Assembly: GCA_037917675.1 (NCBI GenBank)
Contig: JAVCBW010000043.1
Coordinates: 1 to 39,041, forward strand
DNA from: Thermoproteota archaeon
GTDB lineage: Archaea; Korarchaeota; Korarchaeia; B14-G2
DNA length: 39,041 nucleotides
Reading direction: 5' to 3'
The notes beneath the pieces were generated by a model, which saw only the letters and a list, made by a program, of their open reading frames with translations, did no database searches and was not told the DNA's origin. The position numbers and the translations under genes were made by a program. Below are positions 19,597 to 28,927 of this stretch, in pieces. The number at the start of each line of letters is the position of its first letter. Within the stretch, counting starts at the first letter, position 1.

Positions 19597-20035
19597 CTCC
19601 CTCACCAAACAGGAGCTTAGAAGCCTCATGACCCCTCCTCTAGCCATGTATGCCCGCCATAATATTTCCTTAAAAATACCTCTTGAGGAGACACTTTCAG
19701 TGAGAAAGCTATAACATAACCCTAAGCTGAAGTAGGCTCCCTAACTGGAGGGCATAGAGGAGCCCAGCTTGCTTTATCCTGCTATTCCTATCTGGGAGCC
19801 TGTGATCACGAGCACTAGCCCCCTAGATGCCTTTTTGGCTCCATGAGACCCCAAGCTTGGCCTTAGAGCAGCTCGTCTGCATTCTAGCGTAGGCAGCCCT
19901 ATTTTCAGGCAGCTACCTATGCCTATAGCTTTACTCTGCTAGCTGAAGGGTGTAAGAGCCTCAGCTTACGCCTCACCTGTCCTATGATGAGTGGAAGCTC
20001 TCTGGTGTGCTAGCTCAGCTGCTGGCGTCAGGAGG

Positions 20036-20473
20036 CTATGCCTGCTCTCTGATCGGCTTCAGTACTATCCTAGGCCTCTCTGGCCAATCTGGAGTCTCCT
20101 CTGGCTTTTCAGATGAAACCTCTACCCTAGTGTCTACGTCTATTTGCCCTGGCTCAGCTATACCCTTAACCATACCTATGATAGGTGTGCCATCATCTAG
20201 CTTGACTACTGCTACAGCATATGGTGCTAGCTTCTGTAGCATGGGTGGAGCTACATGTATTATCGTGTAGGTCACTATTCTGCCTTGCTTTGGTAGCTCA
20301 ACCCACTCTAGGTCTGCTGAATAGCATTCTGGGCAGACTGGCCTAGGTGGGAAGGTCTTCTTCCCGCATCTCCTGCACTTCGAGGCCATGAGCTTGCCTT
20401 CCTCAAGGAGCCTATAGAACTCCTCTAGGGTTGTGTCAGGTAGCTTGATTGGCTCCTCACCCACTTCAGTCAC
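20036..20473 (-). CDS. DUF35 (Zn-ribbon + OB-fold) thiolase partner
   Basis: CRRCG..FPPR..CPEC, GRIVTYT and PYAVAVV.LDDG. Confidence 0.93.
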   Translation of the reverse strand: MTEVGEEPIKLPDTTLEEFYRLLEEGKLMASKCRRCGKKTFPPRPVCPECYSADLEWVELPKQGRIVTYTIIHVAPPMLQKLAPYAVAVVKLDDGTPIIGMVKGIAEPGQIDVDTRVEVSSEKPEETPDWPERPRIVLKPIREQA

Positions 20474-21656
20474 CTCTCTTGCATATGGTTACTACAGCTG
20501 ATGCACCTGGGCCACCTAGGTTGTGTGCTAGCCCTACTTCAGCCCCCTCTACCTGCCTCCTCTCAGCTTCTCCTCTGAGCTGGAGGAATATCTCGTAGAG
20601 CTGAGCTGCTCCTGTGGCGCCAACGGGATGCCCCTTACACTTTAAGCCTCCACTCGGGTTAACTGGGATCTTACCTCCTATCTCAACTTGCCCTTCTCTT
20701 ATCAGCTTCATCCCCTCTCCCTTCCTAGCGAACCCTAGGTCCTCGTAGGCTACTAGCTCTGATATCGTGAAGCAGTCATGTACTTCAGCGACATCTATGT
20801 CCTTCGGCTCCAAGCCAGCCATCTTGTATGCTTCCTTAGCTGCCTCCACATTGGCTCTGAAGGTAGCTGTCTCATAGTCTTTTTCAAAGGCTAGTATGCT
20901 ATCGCAGGCAAACCCCTGCCCTACTATGTGTACTGGTGTGTCAGTGAGCTTCCTGGCGAGCTCAGGCTTCGTCACAACCATGAGAGCTGCTCCATCTGTT
21001 ATGGGACAGCAGTCATAGAGCTTGAGAGGCCATGCTATCACCCTTGAGCTGAGGGCCTTCTCCAGTGTTATCTCCTTCTGGAAGTGGGCCTTAGGGTTCT
21101 TGGCTCCATTCCTGTGGTTCTTGACAGCTATCATCGCCAGGTCCTCTTCTGTGCTCCCATATTTCCTCATGTGTGCTACAGCCATCAGGGCGAAGAACCC
21201 TGGGAATGTGAGGCCACTCCACTGGTCGAAGTGGAAGTCGTCTGCTGTGGCTATGAGCTCTGTCGCCACTGGAGTAGAGACATTCGTCATCTTCTCAGCT
21301 CCACCAGCTATCACGACGTCATATAGCCCTGATGCCACAGCTGCTACAGCGAACCTCAAGGCTGCTCCTGCTGACGCACAGGCTGCCTCAGTTCTTATGG
21401 CAGCCTTAGGGAGGAGCCCAGCCCAAGTTGCTGCAGTTGACCCAGCGTGCCCCTGGTGCTCAAAGCCCTCACACATCATGCCAATGAACAATGCTTGCAC
21501 ATCCCTCTTCAAATCTAAGCTAGGACACCTGTCAACAGCCTCCTTGAGGGCTTCAAGGAAGAGCTCACGCCAGTAGAGCCCCTCCCTCCTACCGAACTTG
21601 CTCATCCCAGCTGACACTATCGAGGCGATAGGCCTACCAGACAAAGCTGCCACCAA
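20466..21656 (-). CDS. Archaeal/SCP2-type thiolase
   Basis: EAACASA, GAEKM, DCCPITDGAA, EVHDCF, NPSGGL..GHPVGATG and HNLGG. Confidence 0.95.
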   Translation of the reverse strand: MVAALSGRPIASIVSAGMSKFGRREGLYWRELFLEALKEAVDRCPSLDLKRDVQALFIGMMCEGFEHQGHAGSTAATWAGLLPKAAIRTEAACASAGAALRFAVAAVASGLYDVVIAGGAEKMTNVSTPVATELIATADDFHFDQWSGLTFPGFFALMAVAHMRKYGSTEEDLAMIAVKNHRNGAKNPKAHFQKEITLEKALSSRVIAWPLKLYDCCPITDGAALMVVTKPELARKLTDTPVHIVGQGFACDSILAFEKDYETATFRANVEAAKEAYKMAGLEPKDIDVAEVHDCFTISELVAYEDLGFARKGEGMKLIREGQVEIGGKIPVNPSGGLKCKGHPVGATGAAQLYEIFLQLRGEAERRQVEGAEVGLAHNLGGPGASAVVTICKRGD

Positions 21657-21765
21657 CCCCCTAGCTGCGAGAGGTTTATTTTTTTACCTGAGGCTCCATG
21701 ACAGCTAAGCCAGCTGAAAGTGGGCGCACACTTTTTAAGAGCCTCCCACATGGAACCTAGGGACC

Positions 21766-22107
21766 TTGAGAGCATACTGCGAGACATTCACCAGAGAAGT
21801 ACTTCCAGCAATAAGAGCCATGATAGCTCAGAAGCTCATCAGGGAGCTAGGGATGAAGCAGAGTGAGACAGCAGAGCTCCTGGGAGTAACCCAGGCGACC
21901 ATAAGCCACTACATCAACCTTAGGAGAGGGAAAGTTGCGGTGCTCCTCCAAACAGAGGAAGTGGCCTCGTCTCTAAGCGAGATCGTAGAGAAGATAGCAA
22001 GGGAGAGAGAGCCAATAACGCCAAGTGACATCTGCCAGATATGCAGGAAGACCAGGCTACACCTAGTAGCACAGAGCCTCAATCCTTCAAAGAAACAGAG
22101 CAAGTGA
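21766..22107 (+). CDS. HTH transcriptional regulator (COG2522-like) with C-terminal CxxC
   Basis: CE..LPAIRA..A..L..GMKQ..AELLGVTQATISHY and CQIC; divergent from the thiolase. Confidence 0.85.
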   Translation: MRAYCETFTREVLPAIRAMIAQKLIRELGMKQSETAELLGVTQATISHYINLRRGKVAVLLQTEEVASSLSEIVEKIAREREPITPSDICQICRKTRLHLVAQSLNPSKKQSK

Positions 22108-22309
22108 CCTCAGCAACCTCCTCAACCATAGCTTTAACAGAGCAAAGCCTCTCTATAGAAGCCCTGATAGCTTCTTTAACCACATCACGTGGAGCACCAG
22201 AAGACACAGTGTACTCAAGCCTGATCCTAGTGAAGATCCTAGGACAGCTAAGCCTTCTGGCAAAGCTGAGGGCTATATCAGAGCTTAGGCGCCTGGGGGC
22301 TAGGATCAC
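22079..22309 (-). pseudogene. C-terminal remnant of an OsmC-family protein
   Basis: PRIFTRIRLEY..V..AI..S...CSV resembles the OsmC C-terminal half. The N-terminal half is missing. Confidence 0.55.
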
Positions 22310-22773
22310 TGCAGGTTAGCTTAGGTTGGTTTAGATGGTAGGTAGCTAGAAGCTTATCTACCTTCTATCAGCTGGTGCAGGAGTCTTGTCAGCAGCGCTA
22401 TCAGGTGAGAAGTGTAAGCTGACAAAGGAACTACTGAGAGGTGAGGTGATCCTCTTTCCAGCAGCTCTCCCAGCTACAGCCATGGCATGGAGGATGGTAA
22501 GGCAGCTGACAGCATCTCCTCCACCAGCTCACGTGAGCAGAGAAGCTTAAGGGAGCTTAGGCCCCCCTGGCGAGGAAAGCAGCTCAGCAAGCTGCTTTAG
22601 CTAAAGCTTGCAGCTGAAGCTCACGCACTTAAGTGTACTCGCTTGCTAGCTCCTGAAGCCTTCCAGCAGCTTCAGCTAGTGCAGCCTCTACCTAGCTTGC
22701 CACACTCTGCTATCCTTTGCTAGAGGCTTTTAGGCTGAATAAAAATGTGGGTGCTGAGGCCTGTGTCCTCTGT

Positions 22774-23505
22774 TCAGGCTTTGGATAGTGCTGTCCCGTT
22801 TGATAGGTTGATGATTGCTCCACTATAGCCCCAGATGACTGCTCTTATCCCAAATGCTTCAGCAGCCTCCTTTCTCAATACGAGGATGTTATGGCAGAAT
22901 ACTCTGACCGTGTCTCCTGGGTTAAAGCTGGCTGATGCCTCCTCCCATGTGGTTTCTCCCTCTCCCGCTTTCAGCCAGGCTCCTCCTGTGACCACTAGCG
23001 CCATGTGGTCTCCTCTCTTTATGAGGAGGTAGTTTTCTCCCTTCTCAGCTATCTCTCCTCTGACACTGAGATATGCTCTCATGTGTACGTGTCTTGCTGC
23101 AGAGCGCTTTAGGAGAGCTGGCCTGATGAATATGTTGCCGCCTTGCCTTAGCCCTAGAAGCACGTTTACTATGCTATCTCCTCTGTTTAGCGTCACCATA
23201 GCTACCAGGGCTTCTCTGCTCTCGATGTAGCCTGCAGCCTCACTCCACTCTACTTTAGCCACCTTGCCTGCGACCATGAGCCACATGCCTTCTGCAGCCA
23301 GCTCCATCTCCTCACCTTCTCTCTCCACTGTTATCGTGGAGTCTCCGACTGCTAGAATCCTAGCGTTGAACACCTCTATGCTACTGCCATCTCCTCTATC
23401 TGATGAGGCTGAGGCACCTACTTGAGGTGTAAGCACTGCTATAGCAGCTATAGCCAAGACGGCCATTACGCCGCCTACTACAGCTGTCTTCCTAGCTAGA
23501 TTCAA
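22774..23505 (-). CDS. Secreted or membrane-anchored hypothetical protein with two similar beta-rich repeats
   Basis: TTG 23505 follows GGTGA. A basic and hydrophobic signal-like N-terminus precedes two similar modules (I..G...TV..EGMW..W.EA / I..G...LI..GGAW..WEEA). Confidence 0.7.
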   Translation of the reverse strand: MNLARKTAVVGGVMAVLAIAAIAVLTPQVGASASSDRGDGSSIEVFNARILAVGDSTITVEREGEEMELAAEGMWLMVAGKVAKVEWSEAAGYIESREALVAMVTLNRGDSIVNVLLGLRQGGNIFIRPALLKRSAARHVHMRAYLSVRGEIAEKGENYLLIKRGDHMALVVTGGAWLKAGEGETTWEEASASFNPGDTVRVFCHNILVLRKEAAEAFGIRAVIWGYSGAIINLSNGTALSKA

Positions 23506-23731
23506 CAGGCTCACCACAGCTAATACATTCACGTTAAAAGAGTTGTGCATGAATCATCTACGCTAAGCTGCCTTCCATGACATGGAGTAGACAGCTCACA
23601 GTAGGCGGCTCACAGCTCTGCTTACTGGCTTCCAGGCTCCCCTCAGAGCTAGAGGCTGGTGTATGCTGTCAAGCTGCTTTCAGGCTCCTCTATTAGAGAG
23701 GGCTCCATGTGGCTTTACAGCAATGGGGGTG

Positions 23732-24178
23732 CTAGCGTTGGTGAGCATTGCTTCTTTTCTCTCTAAGCTTACTCCTGAGCTCATTGTGGCCTCCAAGCAG
23801 CTTGAAATCGACCTTAGTTGAGTCGAGGTATCTGGCTGAGTCTCCTCTTCTGTATACCTCCACCCCCTTTTCTAGCGCTTGTGCTATGAACTGGTTTCCT
23901 GTCTTAGCTGCCTGCTCCACTTCTTCTACTGAGTATACTGCTATCTCGACGTTTACGTCTTTGATGGCCTTCAGCTGGAACCTCTCGTGCTTGCCTGGCT
24001 TCTCTACTGTTATCGCCAGTATGTCTATGTCGCTTAGCCCTCTCACAAACTTCCCTTCAGCTAGTGAGCCTGCTATCAGGACTGATAGAGGCTTGTACTC
24101 TTCTATAAGCTCTCCTAGCAGCTTCTCGAGGCCTTCCAGCAGGTCTCTTGTATGCTGTCCTCTAAGGGTCTCTCTCAA
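23732..24178 (-). CDS. MNT nucleotidyltransferase antitoxin
   Basis: GSLAEG..SDIDIL and AL.KG motifs. The TTG start overlaps the HEPN gene end; the longer track ORF lies inside HEPN. Confidence 0.85.
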   Translation of the reverse strand: MRETLRGQHTRDLLEGLEKLLGELIEEYKPLSVLIAGSLAEGKFVRGLSDIDILAITVEKPGKHERFQLKAIKDVNVEIAVYSVEEVEQAAKTGNQFIAQALEKGVEVYRRGDSARYLDSTKVDFKLLGGHNELRSKLREKRSNAHQR

Positions 24179-24566
24179 TCTCTCTCTTAACAAGCTCCAG
24201 CACCTCGCTAGCGTAGGTAAGGGCCTTCTCAGAGTCCTCTGCAGTATAGTGCTTGTATGGGGCTCCAGCAGGCCAGGCATTTGGATATCTTGTTGGGACA
24301 TAGAACCTGTCTAGGAGGCTTGCCTTGGAGACTAGCTCCTGTGGTATGCTGACTGCCTCAGAGGCCTTTTTGAGCAGCTCAGCTACGCTGTGTATGGCCT
24401 CGTATCTCCCCATTTTCCTTATCAGTAGGGCTTTGGCAGCCTTCTCACATGCCTGATGTGCGAAGTAGCAGGCTTTGCTATACCTCTTAAGCTTGTGGAG
24501 GTCTAGTGCAGCAGCATAGTCGTCTAAGGCTTCATCAAGCCAATCGATGTACCTGCTGTAGCTCAC
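24162..24566 (-). CDS. HEPN-domain protein (COG2250-type)
   Basis: ACYFAHQACEKAAKA, HSVAELL and LDRFYVPTRYPNAW. A GTG start at 24566 is likely. Confidence 0.92.
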   Translation of the reverse strand: MSYSRYIDWLDEALDDYAAALDLHKLKRYSKACYFAHQACEKAAKALLIRKMGRYEAIHSVAELLKKASEAVSIPQELVSKASLLDRFYVPTRYPNAWPAGAPYKHYTAEDSEKALTYASEVLELVKREIERDP

Positions 24567-24644
24567 CTCTGCCCCCAGTAGCTCAGGTAGCACAGAGTAT
24601 ATAAGATGCTATGCTGTGATCTCTATGGAGCCTAGAGCTGTCAG

Positions 24645-25067
24645 CTACTTTACTCTCGTGAGAACTATCTTAGGCACTATCTTGCTTACCCCATCTATCT
24701 TCCCATACTTCATGTAGATTAGCTTTGTCAGCTGGGTTGTGTCTCTAGCCCAGACTTCCATCACGAGTGTGTGGCTTCCTGCTGCAAGATACACCCTCCT
24801 GACTTCATCGAACTCAGCTAGCTTCCTGGCTATATCTATGCACTTGCTTGGCTCTGCATCCACCTCGACCATCGCTATAGCCTTGTATCCTAGCTTCTCT
24901 GGATCTAGGTCGACGGTGTACCTCCTGATCACACCTAGATTCTCCAGCTTTCTAACTCTCTTCCTAACTGAGGACTCGCTTATCCCAAGCTTCCTAGCCA
25001 TCTCGACATATGGTGTTCTAGCATCTGATTCTAAAATCCTTAATATGACATGGTCTCTCCCATCCAC
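24645..25067 (-). CDS. Lrp/AsnC transcriptional regulator
   Basis: DART.Y..MA..LG.SESSV..RV..L...GVI HTH plus a RAM domain. Confidence 0.93.
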   Translation of the reverse strand: MDGRDHVILRILESDARTPYVEMARKLGISESSVRKRVRKLENLGVIRRYTVDLDPEKLGYKAIAMVEVDAEPSKCIDIARKLAEFDEVRRVYLAAGSHTLVMEVWARDTTQLTKLIYMKYGKIDGVSKIVPKIVLTRVK

Positions 25068-25117
25068 CTAGCTCACCAAGCTTCTTGGCGTCATGAAGAT
25101 TATAAGCATTTGGTATA

Positions 25118-25130
25118 ATAACGGTGTTAT
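25118..25130. promoter_or_regulatory. Palindrome ATAAC-ggt-GTTAT upstream of the Lrp TATA box (about 25099-25106)
   Basis: 5-bp-arm inverted repeat in an AT-rich intergenic region; a possible operator. Confidence 0.35.
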
Positions 25131-25463
25131 ATCATCATAATAGTAATACATAATTTCCTAGTATGTGACGAAAAAAGAGCCAAAGATACACGTGATGGGA
25201 TCTCCCAGCCATATATCCAGATGCCAGCTATCAGCTAGCCTCTACTAGAATTCAGGAGCCTAGATCTCAGTCCACTGGAGTTTATGAAGTCCGTAAACCG
25301 AACCCAGGCATATGCTAGCTTCCCTCAGCTCTCCATGCAACAGCCTAGGAACCAGGAGGCAGGGCTCCCCCTGCTATAGCTAGGGTATCTCCTGCTATGA
25401 GAATTTAGCTCCTCTTCTTCCACATGTGGAGCTGGCTTCCTCTGCCTTAGACAGGCAGCTTCC

Positions 25464-26906
25464 CTAGCAGTCCCAGTATTTGATGTACTCCCATGGCGTT
25501 ATGTAGAGGGAGTACTCAAGCCACTCCCTCCTCTTGTACTCTAGAAAAGCCTCGGATATATGCTTTCCTAGAGCTCTCTGCAGGACCTCATCTGACTCAA
25601 GCTCCTCTAGGGCCTCCTTCAGGCTGCCTGGCAGCTCTCTTATGCCTAGGCTCCTCCTCTCCTCTGGTGTCATCTTATAGAGGTCTCTGTCGACTGGGTC
25701 TCCTGGCTCAATCTTCTCCTGGACACCATCTAGGCCTGCTGCAACAAGGCATGTGAAGGCCAGATATGGGTTAGCTGAGGGGTCTACTCCCCTATATTCT
25801 ACTCTCTTCTCGCTAGTATGCTTACGCCCCTGGTGGTAGACTGGGACCCTAACTAAGGCAGAGCGGTTTGCTCTGCTCCAAGCTATGTAGACTGGAGCTT
25901 CAAAGCCTGGTACAAGCCTCTTATATGAGTTCACTGTCGGAGCACAGACTGCAGTGAGAGCTCTAGCATGGTCTAGTAGGCCTCCTATGAAGTATCTTGC
26001 TGTCTGGCTTAGCTCAGCGTAGCTGTCTTCCTCACTGTACATGAGGTTCTCGCTGCCATGCCAGAGTGAGAGGTGGACATGCATCCCTGAGGCGTTATCC
26101 GTGTAGAGGGGCTTAGGCATGAATGTTGCAACCATCCCGTGGGCTCTAGCTATGTTCTTAACTGCAAACTTATAGTAGACTGTGCTGTCACATGCCTTGA
26201 GGAGTGTTGTACCCTTTATCCCTATCTCAACCTGTCTAGTAGCTACCTCGTGATGGTGCCTTGTGACCTTACACTTAAACCACTCTTCTAGTGCTCTGGA
26301 GATCTCGTTTCTCAGCTCTAAGGTCGTATCCTCTGGTGGTGCCCTGAGGTAGCCGTCCTTGGGGGCTGCTGTGATCCCTAGGCTGCTACCTAGCTCAGGT
26401 GAGGCTGGGAGCGCTCCTGGAGAACCCTTCGAGTCCTCTGCTCCATGCCAGGTAGCCCAGAGGCTCCAGCTCAGCTTTGTGAAGTCTACTCTACTGAATA
26501 GGAAGAACTCGACTTCAGGGCCGACTATGGCTTTAAGCTCCTGCTCCTCCAGCTTCTTCTCAAGTGCCATTGCGCAGCTCCTCGGACACCCAGTGAAAGG
26601 CTCTGTGCTGCCAGGCCTGTAGACTGATCCTAGGGCTATGGCAGCTGGCATGCTATTGAGAGTCCAGGGTAGAACTCTTAGTGTTGAGAGGTCTAGCCTC
26701 AGTACCATATCAGACTCATCTATCGCGGCCAGCCCAGGGACTGAGGAGCCATCAAAGCCTACTCCCTCAGTGGCATATAGCTCTAGGTTTTCAGCTGGAA
26801 CTGAGAGAGAGTAGAGTCTCCCTCTGATGTCTACTAGAGAAGCTAGGATCCACTTCACTCTATGCTCTTCTACTAGCTTCTCAGCCTCCAGCAGGTACCT
26901 GTCCAA
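25464..26906 (-). CDS. glnA: Glutamine synthetase type I
   Basis: FDGSS, DESDM, GPEVEFFLF, HHEVA, ATFMPKP..SGMHVH, NSYKRLVPGFEAP, NRSA..R.P and EYR..DP.ANPY. Confidence 0.96.
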   Translation of the reverse strand: MDRYLLEAEKLVEEHRVKWILASLVDIRGRLYSLSVPAENLELYATEGVGFDGSSVPGLAAIDESDMVLRLDLSTLRVLPWTLNSMPAAIALGSVYRPGSTEPFTGCPRSCAMALEKKLEEQELKAIVGPEVEFFLFSRVDFTKLSWSLWATWHGAEDSKGSPGALPASPELGSSLGITAAPKDGYLRAPPEDTTLELRNEISRALEEWFKCKVTRHHHEVATRQVEIGIKGTTLLKACDSTVYYKFAVKNIARAHGMVATFMPKPLYTDNASGMHVHLSLWHGSENLMYSEEDSYAELSQTARYFIGGLLDHARALTAVCAPTVNSYKRLVPGFEAPVYIAWSRANRSALVRVPVYHQGRKHTSEKRVEYRGVDPSANPYLAFTCLVAAGLDGVQEKIEPGDPVDRDLYKMTPEERRSLGIRELPGSLKEALEELESDEVLQRALGKHISEAFLEYKRREWLEYSLYITPWEYIKYWDC

Positions 26907-26953
26907 CAGAGCCTCTTATCCCCTCGATATCGTATGATTTAAGCTTTACTGTT

Positions 26954-26968
26954 ATGGACATTGTCCAT
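26954..26968. promoter_or_regulatory. Perfect 7-1-7 palindrome ATGGACA-T-TGTCCAT between glnA and lrp
   Basis: It lies about 11 nt upstream of the glnA TATA box (26937-26943, minus strand) and about 32 nt upstream of the lrp TATA box (27001-27008). Confidence 0.65.
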
Positions 26969-27036
26969 TCAAGCATATAATCCATGTAGCTGGTGAGATG
27001 TTTTTAAGCTAGCTTGACATCATTGCTAGGGTCTGC

Positions 27037-27477
27037 TTGGATGAGCTTGATCGAAAGATACTCAAGCATCTGATCGCAGATGGGAGAGCAAGCTACAGAG
27101 AGATATCGAAGCATATAGGTGCTCCACCAGCTACAGTCCATGCTAGAGTGAAGAGGCTCATGAGCCTTGGTGTGATAAGGGGCTTCACACCAGTCATAGA
27201 CCCAGCGAAGCTCGGCTTAGAGCTAACTGCCCTCATACTCGTCAGGGCTAGCGGCCCCCACCTAGTTGAGGTGGAGAAGGACATAGCTGAGTACGAGAAT
27301 GTCTGTGCAGTCTATGACATAACTGGGGAATATGACATAGCAGTGATAGCTAGGTTCAAGGGGAGGAGGGAGCTCAACGACTTCATCAAAAAGCTGCTCT
27401 CCCATAGGCATGTCGAGAGGACTGTCACCTCAATTGTGCTTAACGTTGTGAAAGAGGACTTCATACCAAAGCCTTGA
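27037..27477 (+). CDS. Lrp/AsnC transcriptional regulator
   Basis: DELDRKIL..L..DGRASY..TVHARV..L...GVI and VYDITGEYD. Confidence 0.95.
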   Translation: MDELDRKILKHLIADGRASYREISKHIGAPPATVHARVKRLMSLGVIRGFTPVIDPAKLGLELTALILVRASGPHLVEVEKDIAEYENVCAVYDITGEYDIAVIARFKGRRELNDFIKKLLSHRHVERTVTSIVLNVVKEDFIPKP

Positions 27478-27540
27478 GCACTCCAGAGCACCCCATAGAG
27501 CTCAGGTGAAGTCGCAGATGCAAGCTATGCTCATGTACAG

Positions 27541-28206
27541 CTAGAGCTCTCTCCTAGGCCACATGAGCAAGATCCCTATGGCTAAGAGGGATAGAGCAGC
27601 CAGCTTGAATAGGGGGTGTGAGAAGTTGACCTTAACACCTCGAACCGCAGATATAGCGAGGATGACGCTAGCTTCCTTGCTAGACTTGTTCGCTATCTCA
27701 AGCTTGATTGGAGTCTGCCCGCTAGCTCTGAGTACATATGTGCCCCTACATGTGCTCTCCTCCTCTATGAGCGTGGCGTTTTCCTCTCCGATGGTGATTT
27801 CGAGTGGGAGGGTAGAGCTGACTTCAAGCTTCAACTCTACTCCAGGCTTAGCTGATATGTTCTTAGCCCACCTCGACCCACTAGCAAGTATTAGGGGCGT
27901 CCTTTCAAGCTGAAGCTCCCAGCTCAGCATGGCTGGCGTGACATGGCTAAAGCTCAGGTATGTCAAGAGAAGCGCTACAGCCACTAGAGGAGCATACCTC
28001 ACATTAACTCTCCTAGGCCTCCTGGCTGCAAGGAGCTTCCTCTCAACAGAATCCACCTTGGCTAGGAGCTCACGGGCAAGCTCCTTAAACTCCCTATCAC
28101 TTAGCAGCCCCTGAGAGCGCATGCTCTTGAGCTGCCTATAGGCCTGTTGGGCTTCAGCTAGCTCCCTCTCGAGGTCCTCAATCAGAGCACGGTGGTATTC
28201 ACTCAA
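27541..28206 (-). CDS. Hypothetical membrane protein (coiled coil/SHOCT-like, TM, beta domain, TM)
   Basis: N-terminal coiled coil with QGLLSDREFKE and two hydrophobic segments; host-like codon usage. Confidence 0.7.
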   Translation of the reverse strand: MSEYHRALIEDLERELAEAQQAYRQLKSMRSQGLLSDREFKELARELLAKVDSVERKLLAARRPRRVNVRYAPLVAVALLLTYLSFSHVTPAMLSWELQLERTPLILASGSRWAKNISAKPGVELKLEVSSTLPLEITIGEENATLIEEESTCRGTYVLRASGQTPIKLEIANKSSKEASVILAISAVRGVKVNFSHPLFKLAALSLLAIGILLMWPRREL

Positions 28207-28255
28207 GCTAACCTACCCATGTGGAGCTCTGAGATAAGCTTTACGCTATTAGGGT

Positions 28256-28927
28256 TCATGTGCCCTGCTGGAGCAGCTGGCTGAGGTAGGCTGGGAGCTC
28301 CCATATGCCAGCTAGAACAGCCTTAGCTCCATGCTCTAGCAGCCTCTGCTCAGGCTCAAACCCTGTCCTCACAGCTACTGGGTGAACTCCAGCTCTCCTA
28401 GCTGACTCCATGTCAACCCAGTAGTCGCCGACAAGCAAGGCTGCATCTGGGTCTACATTAAACTGTCTTAGTGCAAGCCTTATCATCTCAGTCTTAGACC
28501 ACGTGTGCTCTTCTCCTCTACTACAGTCAGCCATCGTTATGACGCTATCTACGAGGTATGCTAGCCTATGCTGCTCTAGCTCTCTCCATATTGCTGCTGG
28601 GCTGCACTCTCTGCCAGTGGTGACAGCTACCTTGAGCCCTCTCTCCCTCAGCCACCTCAAAGCCTTCTCTGAGCCATAGTAGGCTCTGTCCAGTGGGTGA
28701 GTTATGCTACAGACTCTCCTCCTAAACTCGATCCAGAAGCTCCTGCTGTCACCTGGTATAAGCTGGTCTAGTGTGTCATCAGAGTACATCCTGATGAACT
28801 TAGGCCAGTCTACTCTTGAGGCACCGAGCTCCTCTAGCATAGTGTTGAAGACCAGGTGAAACCTGTGTATTGTGTCTATGAGAGTCTGGTCTAAGTCTAG
28901 GATCACGAGGCTAATCAAGCAGACCAC
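28256..28927 (-). CDS. HAD-superfamily hydrolase
   Basis: DLDQTL motif I, VTT motif II, K, and GDYWVD motif IV. Confidence 0.92.
   Translation of the reverse strand: MVCLISLVILDLDQTLIDTIHRFHLVFNTMLEELGASRVDWPKFIRMYSDDTLDQLIPGDSRSFWIEFRRRVCSITHPLDRAYYGSEKALRWLRERGLKVAVTTGRECSPAAIWRELEQHRLAYLVDSVITMADCSRGEEHTWSKTEMIRLALRQFNVDPDAALLVGDYWVDMESARRAGVHPVAVRTGFEPEQRLLEHGAKAVLAGIWELPAYLSQLLQQGT

Noticed and set aside
19740-19830. Minus-strand LVITGSQIG resembling an archaeal AAA ATPase motif
   Set aside because: Too short and surrounded by stops.
19984-20052. ATGATGA ... CTGA resembling a C/D-box sRNA
   Set aside because: Somewhat long, with no convincing D'/C' boxes. It overlaps the DUF35 stop, and the guides cannot be verified here.
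22576-22607. 9-bp hairpin and a 14-bp palindrome GCTTTAGCTAAAGC
   Set aside because: Built from the over-represented AGCT word and not placed at a clear promoter or terminator.
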